Shown piece by piece: positions 38,436 through 46,070 of a stretch of DNA of 54,638 nucleotides. A program made the translations under genes and the position numbers. The notes below the pieces were generated by a model. It did no database searches and was not told the DNA's origin. It saw nothing but the letters and a program-made list of their open reading frames with translations. Each line of letters starts with the position of its first letter. Positions within the stretch are counted from its first letter, which is position 1. The DNA lies in contig CBFHGY010000005.1 in the NCBI GenBank assembly GCA_965655465.1, positions 1 to 54,638 on the forward strand, in the 5' to 3' direction. Origin of the DNA: Bacteroidia bacterium (GTDB lineage Bacteria > Bacteroidota > Bacteroidia > NS11-12g > UBA955).

Positions 38436-39695
38436 TTACAATCCTAAAAGTGCTTCTTCGGGGCGTTTACCGCTAAGTAACATTTCAGGATTCTCTAGTA
38501 AGTTTTTAATCCGAACCAGGAAACTCACGCTTTCACGACCATCAATAATTCGGTGGTCGTAACTCAATGCTAAATACATCATGGGTCTAATTACCACTTG
38601 ACCTTTTTCAGCAATAGGTCTTTCCACGATGTTATGCATCCCAAGAATTCCACTTTGGGGAGGATTTAAAATTGGAGTACTCATCATAGATCCAAAAACA
38701 CCTCCATTGGTAATGGTAAATGTACCTCCGGTCATTTCATCAATACTCAATTTGTTATCGCGGGCTTTTAGAGCAAGTCGCTTTACTTCCTTTTCAATTC
38801 CGTCTAGCGTTAGGGCTTCAGCATTGCGAATAACAGGCACTACTAGGCCTTTAGGCGCACTCACGGCAATAGAAACATCACAATAATCGTGATACACAAT
38901 TTCTTCCCCATCTATGCTCGCATTTACTGAGGGCCACTCTTGAAGGGCAATACAAACTGCACGCGTAAAGAAACTCATGAATCCAAGATTAATACCGAAT
39001 TCTTCTTTGAATTTGTCCTTATATACATTGCGCAAATCCATAATTGGCTTCATGTTCACTTCGTTAAAAGTAGTGAGCATGGCAGTATCATTTTTTGCTG
39101 CTACCAATCGCTTGGCAACTGTTTTACGCAGGTTGGACATTTTTTCGCGACGGGGTTCGCGGGAAGCAGCTACCCCAAATCCATGACCGGCATTTTCTTT
39201 TTTAGAAACACCTTGAGAAACTATGGCCTCTAAAACATCTATCTTCGTTATACGGCCATTTGAACCTGAACCTTTAACGGTTTGTGGGTTTACGTTATAT
39301 TCTGCCATCAATTGCTTCGCAATAGGCGACGCAGATAAATCACTAAAATCAGCAGCAACTGGAACTTTGGCAGGTTCTATAGGAGCCGATACCGGCTCTG
39401 ATTTTGCAGGACTTGCTTTAGGCTCCGGAGCTGGAGCTGCATTCGCAGGCTTTTCGGCGGTGTCATCGATCACGGCCACTACTGAATTCACTTCGATTGT
39501 ATCGCCTTCAGCACCTTTAAGTTCCAGTATGATACCCGCTTTTTCAGCATTAACTTCGAATGTTGCTTTATCGCTTTCGAATTCGGCTATGGGATCATCC
39601 ATATTCACCCAATCACCGACTTTAACCAACCATGCAGAGATGGAAACTTCGCTTACGGACTCCCCAGGTGCGGGGACAATTATTTCAATAGACAT
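38436..39695 (-). CDS. sucB: 2-oxoglutarate dehydrogenase E2 (dihydrolipoyllysine succinyltransferase)
   Basis: Lipoyl domain ESDKA, E3-binding [30 protein letters not shown]. Confidence 0.96.
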   Translation of the reverse strand: MSIEIIVPAPGESVSEVSISAWLVKVGDWVNMDDPIAEFESDKATFEVNAEKAGIILELKGAEGDTIEVNSVVAVIDDTAEKPANAAPAPEPKASPAKSEPVSAPIEPAKVPVAADFSDLSASPIAKQLMAEYNVNPQTVKGSGSNGRITKIDVLEAIVSQGVSKKENAGHGFGVAASREPRREKMSNLRKTVAKRLVAAKNDTAMLTTFNEVNMKPIMDLRNVYKDKFKEEFGINLGFMSFFTRAVCIALQEWPSVNASIDGEEIVYHDYCDVSIAVSAPKGLVVPVIRNAEALTLDGIEKEVKRLALKARDNKLSIDEMTGGTFTITNGGVFGSMMSTPILNPPQSGILGMHNIVERPIAEKGQVVIRPMMYLALSYDHRIIDGRESVSFLVRIKNLLENPEMLLSGKRPEEALLGL

Positions 39696-39712
39696 ATACC
39701 TGTGTTCTCAGG

Positions 39713-39720
39713 CAAAGTTA
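39713..39720 (-). promoter_or_regulatory. -7 element (TAACTTTG) of sucB
   Basis: Exact TAnnTTTG 17 nt upstream of the ATG. Confidence 0.6.
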
Positions 39721-39792
39721 CGATAATTCAGTAAGTCACCCAAAACACGAAATTTTAATCTTTAAAGGAAATCGAAAAGCCGTTTAATAACA

Positions 39793-39818
39793 AAAAATCC
39801 CACTCTCGTGGGATTTTT
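39793..39818 (-). terminator. Intrinsic terminator closing the gldL/M-like operon
   Basis: Perfect 11-bp arms AAAAATCCCAC / GTGGGATTTTT. Confidence 0.85.
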
Positions 39819-39835
39819 AAAACCTTATTGTTTTT

Positions 39836-42031
39836 TTATAATTTCTCTTTGAGTGGGATAAAAGTTTTCCCCGTATCATCAGACTTGTTTAGGATGTATG
39901 ATAATCCCATATGCAATTGAAAATACCAATCATTTAAGCCGTTGGTTGATCTTGCGGCCGTGGATGAAATCAAGTCATGCGTCGTTGAACCACCTGATAT
40001 TTTTGATAATTTCGCCGTTTGAAGACCATTATCTGCTCGAATGAATCCATTATCAGGATTTGAGAAATATTCATCCGACATTAATACTTCTAACCATCTA
40101 TCGTAATCACCACCGTACCAAACTCCGGGACCGTAATCATCCAAATAGTCCGTAAAGGTGTATACGGCCTTCATCTCACCTTTAAACGCCCAACGTTTGC
40201 GCAAATACGCCAATTGCCATGATAGCCCAATATTCCCTGAAAACAATCCATAGGGCTTCTTGTTTTCTAAGAAATTCTGTCCTTCCATTCCTAGTTTACG
40301 CAAGGAGGTGCGCTCTTCACTCCATAAACGTGCCTTATAATCTGAGTAAGATTCCTTACTTCCTTGATTTCTGTATGAGATACGATAAGGGGTATAGGTA
40401 AAAACACCCGCGCTAATTCCCATACTGTTGACAAACTTCCACTTTTGACCAGGCTTTAGATTGTATTTGCCAATATGCCATAAGCCCTCAATATCCCAAA
40501 TAACCATAGGTGTTACAAACATCAAAGGCCATGTATTTTTATAAATCTGAATTTTATCATAATTGGCTCCTTCTACAAAAGGAACTTTACCGCCAGAAAG
40601 CAATCCAGTTGCCCATAAATTATGCATGGAAACCGTAGAATGGTACAAATTTGATTTTACAGAAAATCTATTGGTAAAATTATATTGTGCATATCCTCCA
40701 TAACTAATTTCGATGGTACTTGGCATAGGAGCAAATTTGTGGCCGATATCTCCGCCACCGTAAATGGAACCGCCACCCCAAAAACCAAACTCCCAAGTTT
40801 TCAATTTTACGATGTCTTCTTTTTTACCAAACATCGGAACGATTACCATAAATCCGATTTTCGCTTTCAACGTTGTATCTGGCCACTCGGGACTAATTAA
40901 AGTGGTATCTACTTTGCGGTACAATGGAGGAGGTAATTGTGCCGGTGTCAATTTAGGAAGTTTGTACTTAACCCCATTTTGCATAGTAACCTCGGTAGGA
41001 TTACCCTCTAAATACGTAACATTCAACGTATCTGAAGAAAGCTTCTGATTAATATTAACGCTTCTGTTAAATGAATCCCTCACCGCTACTAATTTCACAT
41101 CTCCCACTACGTCTAAAACAATTTTGCCAAACTCATGCGTTGCGCCTAATATGAAAGGTTCGTTCCCTTTTCTCTCCTTCAAAGAACTTACCGCATCTAC
41201 TTTTATTTTAGGCAAACTGTTATCCATACGATTGTCGAATACGACATCGTTAATACTTGCATTTGAATAAATTGCCCCAGCATTGATTTCTAGAGGCAAG
41301 CCTGAACCACCGCTAACAGACAAACCCACATTAAAAAACCCAGAGTAATTATTTACAAAAGTTAAACTACCTAAATCGATATTTTCAGGGTTTGAATTGC
41401 GCGCAATATCCAAGTGCAATATACCCATACTTGAATTTTCACCCTCAATTTCATTATCGTTAAAAGTTAGGTCTTTCAAATGGTATTCGATTCCTTCGCT
41501 ACCCACCTTCTCCAAAATGATATTACTTCTATTGTTGTAAAAACGAGAATTGGAAATACTAAAATTGATAGATTTAGACTCCCTTAAATCTAAGTAGGGA
41601 TTTGATGTATAAAGTATAGGCTCCTTGTAATTAATGCTATGAATCTGAGCATTGCTAATTTCGACATTCTTACGATACCAAAATGGATCAAATCTCAAGA
41701 ACTGAACCAGTTCTTTTACATCTACATTCTTGAACTTTATATTTTGAGTTTCATTAATCCCACCAATAACTATACCTAATCCCGGATTGTTATCATCTTG
41801 AGATTTAATTTGAACCGGATTATCTACTGTACCCGTTACTTCCAAACCTCCATTCACAATAATTCTTGCCCCTGGTTCAAATACCAACGTTTGTCCTGCC
41901 TTTATTCGGAAAGTTTCGCCCGCTTCAATGGTTTTGGTCCCTGAAACCAAAATTTCATCGTTTTGCGCACTTACTACATCGAACATTACCAATGCGATGA
42001 TTATTGAAATGATATGAATTTTCTTTTTCAT
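39836..42031 (-). CDS. Fusion of an N-terminal beta-helix-like domain and a C-terminal DUF6089/PorG-like outer-membrane beta-barrel
   Basis: Signal peptide; TLVFEPGARIIVNGGLEVTGTVDNPVQIKS beta-helix entry motif with N/D-rich rungs; Pro-rich linker; barrel motifs WEFGFWGGGSIYGGGD, LRKLGMEGQ...KPY, YTFTDYLDDY, NDWYFQLHMGLSY. Confidence 0.7.
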   Translation of the reverse strand: MKKKIHIISIIIALVMFDVVSAQNDEILVSGTKTIEAGETFRIKAGQTLVFEPGARIIVNGGLEVTGTVDNPVQIKSQDDNNPGLGIVIGGINETQNIKFKNVDVKELVQFLRFDPFWYRKNVEISNAQIHSINYKEPILYTSNPYLDLRESKSINFSISNSRFYNNRSNIILEKVGSEGIEYHLKDLTFNDNEIEGENSSMGILHLDIARNSNPENIDLGSLTFVNNYSGFFNVGLSVSGGSGLPLEINAGAIYSNASINDVVFDNRMDNSLPKIKVDAVSSLKERKGNEPFILGATHEFGKIVLDVVGDVKLVAVRDSFNRSVNINQKLSSDTLNVTYLEGNPTEVTMQNGVKYKLPKLTPAQLPPPLYRKVDTTLISPEWPDTTLKAKIGFMVIVPMFGKKEDIVKLKTWEFGFWGGGSIYGGGDIGHKFAPMPSTIEISYGGYAQYNFTNRFSVKSNLYHSTVSMHNLWATGLLSGGKVPFVEGANYDKIQIYKNTWPLMFVTPMVIWDIEGLWHIGKYNLKPGQKWKFVNSMGISAGVFTYTPYRISYRNQGSKESYSDYKARLWSEERTSLRKLGMEGQNFLENKKPYGLFSGNIGLSWQLAYLRKRWAFKGEMKAVYTFTDYLDDYGPGVWYGGDYDRWLEVLMSDEYFSNPDNGFIRADNGLQTAKLSKISGGSTTHDLISSTAARSTNGLNDWYFQLHMGLSYILNKSDDTGKTFIPLKEKL

Positions 42032-42037
42032 TTTGAT

Positions 42038-43408
42038 TTACTTCACTTGAATCAATAATGGAGATTCAAACTCCATATTCTTTATTTCATTATTTATATC
42101 TGCGGATTCCACCACTACGTATCTCAGATTTTCTAAACCCTCTTTGGGTAGTTCAATAGTTTCAGTAGCAGAAACCATCAATTCATTAGATATCCCAACT
42201 AAACGATACCTCAAATTAGAGATTTTGTATTTAAAATTCTGCAAATCGGGATGACTTGCATATACACTCAATTTGTTATTTAAACGCAATCTAGTTTTTG
42301 CAATTGACCCTCCACTCACTCCTTTGGCATTTACAAATGGCCTTGGCAAGTTTTGAACATAAACCGAATCACGCAAAAGCAAACCACCCGTCGCATTATT
42401 TATTTGGAATTTACACCAACCAACGCGTTCTGGTGTAAAGATCACTTTGCTCTGTTGCTTATTAATAATTGGGTCTTTATCACAATCGCATGACAAATTT
42501 CCAATATTTAACAGATTTACATATTGCAACTCCGACGTTTTTCCCTCAAAAAAGATATTGTACTTATTCTCTTTTTCTTTTTCGAAATTCTTTGCAACAG
42601 AAGTTACTTTCAAATTCTCTTCTACTCCATTTTTCTTGAAACTCAAGTCATAAACACCCACATATTGAGGAATAAACAGCAATGTATCACCAGCCCATTT
42701 ATTTAGGGGGAAAATCTGATTGTTTTGTTTGGCTTCAACTTTAATTTCTTCGTGGTTGAAAACCACCACTTTTACCGTATCACCCGGACGAACGGCTTCA
42801 ATATTAAACGCCATCAGTATTAAATAATCCCGATTTTGCTCTTCAGTTGTGATGATCCCTCCGTGTAATAACTTCATTTTAAGTTTCAAGTCGGCCATCC
42901 AGGTAACAACTACTCCAATGGGCACATGTTTAAACTTCCACTCTACCCATAGGTTCGCCTTTCCTGCTTCTAATCCATTCATCAAATCGCCAGAAAACAA
43001 CTCTCGAAATTCCTTCTTTTTAGGATTATTATCAGGCAAGCCAAGGTAATAATCTCGGAGAATCACTAATTTATCAAATAACCTGTACCCTTTTTCTAAT
43101 CTTATAAAAAAGTTATCGGTAAGGTTATAGGCATCTATTCCCTTATGTAAGGTTTCTTTATCATCGTATCCTACAAGTTTCCTAAAACCGCTCTCGATTT
43201 CAGTTACATTATCATAAACATCTTTAACCACAGGTTCGTCAAAAACTACTTTTGTGGATCGTTCCATATATTCTGCAAGCGTCACGTTTGTACGTAACCA
43301 TTCGATAGGAATTTGCAACATACTTAATGATATAAAAATCAAGTACATTACACTAATAAGTTTGAAGCGTAAAACTTTAGCCTTTTTAACTCTAACGTAA
43401 TTCCCCAT
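42038..43408 (-). CDS. GldM/PorM-like single-pass inner-membrane protein (paralog A)
   Basis: RFKLISVMYLIFISLSMLQIPIE aligns with the GldM TM motif RQKMINLMYLVF...E; helical domain then Ig-like domains; ends SPLLIQVK. Confidence 0.75.
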   Translation of the reverse strand: MGNYVRVKKAKVLRFKLISVMYLIFISLSMLQIPIEWLRTNVTLAEYMERSTKVVFDEPVVKDVYDNVTEIESGFRKLVGYDDKETLHKGIDAYNLTDNFFIRLEKGYRLFDKLVILRDYYLGLPDNNPKKKEFRELFSGDLMNGLEAGKANLWVEWKFKHVPIGVVVTWMADLKLKMKLLHGGIITTEEQNRDYLILMAFNIEAVRPGDTVKVVVFNHEEIKVEAKQNNQIFPLNKWAGDTLLFIPQYVGVYDLSFKKNGVEENLKVTSVAKNFEKEKENKYNIFFEGKTSELQYVNLLNIGNLSCDCDKDPIINKQQSKVIFTPERVGWCKFQINNATGGLLLRDSVYVQNLPRPFVNAKGVSGGSIAKTRLRLNNKLSVYASHPDLQNFKYKISNLRYRLVGISNELMVSATETIELPKEGLENLRYVVVESADINNEIKNMEFESPLLIQVK

Positions 43409-43409
43409 A

Positions 43410-44822
43410 TTATCCTTTGATTTTTAAAATTGGGCGGCCTTTTGAACTCACACCGCCCTCTTGACCCAACAAACGGATATTATCAAATATCAACACACTC
43501 CCCTTGGGGGCTTTTTCCTCCAATTCCCGCAAATCGTTTCTCAAAAAACGTGTGGTAGAATGTATTTTTTTAAATTTACCATCGGGATATGTAACACTCA
43601 TATCAAAATCAACTACTTGCCAAAATGGATTTACTGATTCCAATTTATTTGCGTTTCCTAATTCGGAAATTTCACCGCTTACACCCATTAAAGCAACCGT
43701 TTCATCCGGCTTTAAAGTAGATACAAATGATGCCTTATCTATAATGTTATTCCCATTTTTCATTACAACATCAAATACTCCTTCTGATTCAGGTACAATT
43801 TGCAAAATCCATCCTTTGCGTGTAATTGAAGCTGCATTCGACTCAAAAGTCACCGCATTACCTCGTGGAACATAACTTGAATCTAGAGTAACGATGATAG
43901 GCTCCCCAACAAAACCAGAAATACTCGTTCCGCTATTGATATATCGAAACATTGGAGGTACCACTTTAAAATTCGTAAAAATGCGCTTTTCATTGGACAT
44001 TATTTCCAAAGAATACGCTCCAATTCGACTAGGTTTGTAAAGCAGATTGTAGGTAGCCACTCCAATAGAATCCAATTTTATAGGCATTCCATTAATTTTA
44101 GCGGATAATACATCACTCGCTGTTTTGGGTCTTAGTTTAATACTGAGGGGTTCTCCAAGAATTAAGTTGCGTTTGAATTTCTGAATAAATTCAGTTTCAT
44201 CTAAAGATACAATTTCAAACTTGGGTAATTCGGATTCTTTATTTTTTAAGGTCAGTATCGTTTCATAAAGCATCACAGTTTTAAAATGCTCTATTATCGA
44301 AGGAACGACTCCATTAGGAGTTCCTTTGAAGAAATAATATACCGCTTCAATATCTTGGCCTTCCGTAGAGGTGTAGGTAACAAACTCCTTTTTTAAGTTT
44401 TTATTACCGATAGGACTATAGGCTTTTAAATATCTTTCAAAAATTCCTCTTAATTCAGGAGCCCATTTGCCATTTCGCACTTGAATTTCAGCAAATTTAT
44501 TTTCTCTTAATCGATCCCCTATTACGCCTGTATTCTTTTTGAAATCATCGTATGCTTTCGCTATTACTTCAAGTTCTTGAATACAAGAAAGGGTCGCCTT
44601 TTTAAGTGCGATTTCTTTTTCTCCCTTGGCTTTAAAAACGTTAAGTTCAGAAATCAAACGTTCGTTCACCATGATTTGAGATCTTGCAACATCTGGATAC
44701 TGCAAAACATACATACCTGGGGAGGTAAAAAAGATTTGTACAATGAAAATCAAATAGAACAAAGACAATCTCATAAATGAGATATTCTTTGACTTTGTGA
44801 CTTTTACGGTGAGATTTCCCAT
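43410..44822 (-). CDS. GldM/PorM-like single-pass inner-membrane protein (paralog B, divergent TM)
   Basis: Shares the MGN start and YLIFI TM motif with paralog A; C-terminal WQVVDFDMSV...KGSVLIFDNIR resembles the GldM C-terminal domain. Confidence 0.68.
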   Translation of the reverse strand: MGNLTVKVTKSKNISFMRLSLFYLIFIVQIFFTSPGMYVLQYPDVARSQIMVNERLISELNVFKAKGEKEIALKKATLSCIQELEVIAKAYDDFKKNTGVIGDRLRENKFAEIQVRNGKWAPELRGIFERYLKAYSPIGNKNLKKEFVTYTSTEGQDIEAVYYFFKGTPNGVVPSIIEHFKTVMLYETILTLKNKESELPKFEIVSLDETEFIQKFKRNLILGEPLSIKLRPKTASDVLSAKINGMPIKLDSIGVATYNLLYKPSRIGAYSLEIMSNEKRIFTNFKVVPPMFRYINSGTSISGFVGEPIIVTLDSSYVPRGNAVTFESNAASITRKGWILQIVPESEGVFDVVMKNGNNIIDKASFVSTLKPDETVALMGVSGEISELGNANKLESVNPFWQVVDFDMSVTYPDGKFKKIHSTTRFLRNDLRELEEKAPKGSVLIFDNIRLLGQEGGVSSKGRPILKIKG

Positions 44823-44831
44823 TGTAGAAGA

Positions 44832-45335
44832 TTACTTCTTCAGAATATCGTTATACTGTTCGTTGATTTTTTTCAAATTTTCGTTGTAACCGGTCATTAA
44901 GTTATTGAACTCTGTAACTGATTGCTTCATGTTATTTGATTGTTCAACGTTAGACCGCATTTCCGTTTTAATTTCATTAACCGCCTTGGTCATTTCCATC
45001 AAACCGTTGTTCAACTCCTTTAAAGTTTCACTAAACTGCTGCATAGCAGACTGGTATCCATTGGTTTGAACTTCAACGCCACGCTCATCCACGTTATCCA
45101 ATTGTGGAAATACCTGCTCCCATTGATATTCTTTCTCGGTTACTTTTCTTTCAAAAGCTGAAATCAAGAACACGATTGCTTCAACCGTAAGACCCACGAT
45201 GAACATTTCGTTGGCATAGTTCCAACCTAAAAATTTGAACATCGCACCGACCAATACGATTGCAGCACCAACTCCATAGATAAAGGTAACGGTATCTAAT
45301 TTACCTTTTTGTTCTTTTTGATTCATATTACTCAT
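44832..45335 (-). CDS. GldL/PorL-like two-TM motor subunit (short)
   Basis: FIYGVGAAIVLVGAMFK...GLTVEAIVFLISAFE...YQWEQVFPQL followed by a coiled-coil tail. Confidence 0.88.
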   Translation of the reverse strand: MSNMNQKEQKGKLDTVTFIYGVGAAIVLVGAMFKFLGWNYANEMFIVGLTVEAIVFLISAFERKVTEKEYQWEQVFPQLDNVDERGVEVQTNGYQSAMQQFSETLKELNNGLMEMTKAVNEIKTEMRSNVEQSNNMKQSVTEFNNLMTGYNENLKKINEQYNDILKK

Positions 45336-45364
45336 ACTTGTAATTTTATAATGGGTTTTGTGTT

Positions 45365-45877
45365 TTACTTTTTAAGAATGTGTTCCTGAAATGAATTCCA
45401 ATTGGCAACATTTTGCTTCAAGGCTCTTTTAGTAGCTGCCTTGTTTAATATTACAAAGGCAACTAGCAATACGAATAAGGCACTTACCGAAACTACTAAT
45501 TGGTCTGCAAACTTCTTAGCCATCTCTTCCTTAACGCCATCAACTAATTTATTCTGTTGTTCGAATTTTTCCGCAAATTGATCCAACGCAATATTCATAG
45601 CGCGCTCATTCTGTGCTTGAAGTTCTAAACTTTTTTTCATCTCAGATTGAACCGCTTCTTTATTGGTCTGCAATTCAGTTTTCATTAAAAACAATGCACT
45701 TTCTAATTCGGTGATTCGTTGTGCATATTGCAAGTTTTGTTTTTGCAATCGTTCCAATTTTTGATCTAATTCGTTCGTTTTAATTGCATTATCTGTTTGA
45801 GCATAACTCAAAGAGCTTGAAATAAAAGCAATAACTAAGAGTATTAGTTTATACATTGTGATAGAGGGTTTATTCAT
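45365..45877 (-). CDS. Hypothetical coiled-coil protein with a signal peptide and a C-terminal TM anchor
   Basis: Start is ATG 45877 or 45856 (MYKLILLVIAFISSSLSYAQ); long heptad-rich region; hydrophobic VVSVSALFVLLVAFVIL near the C-terminus. Confidence 0.7.
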   Translation of the reverse strand: MNKPSITMYKLILLVIAFISSSLSYAQTDNAIKTNELDQKLERLQKQNLQYAQRITELESALFLMKTELQTNKEAVQSEMKKSLELQAQNERAMNIALDQFAEKFEQQNKLVDGVKEEMAKKFADQLVVSVSALFVLLVAFVILNKAATKRALKQNVANWNSFQEHILKK

Positions 45878-46070
45878 ACAAAAATCGCTGCGAAGATATG
45901 ACATATTTTGAAATTCAATGATGTTTTATATATTACGTTTATAACAATTGATTTTTTTTATTTATTAAAAACCTCGTTTACAATAAGCAGATTGCAAAAA
46001 TCAGACCAAACCCTATATCCCCAAATACCAATAATCCGTTACTTAAATTTATTCTTTAGTTTTGCATGTC

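Noticed and set aside
34714-39695. Functional clustering of lhgO and sucB around 2-oxoglutarate
   Set aside because: They are separated by unrelated genes and have separate promoter elements, so there is no sequence evidence of co-regulation.
39836-45877. Horizontal acquisition of the gldL/M-like operon, suggested by lower GC in spot-checked lines
   Set aside because: Similarly AT-rich lines occur elsewhere (e.g. the GT4 gene) and no mobility genes or flanking repeats are visible; a sliding-window GC and codon-usage analysis would be needed.
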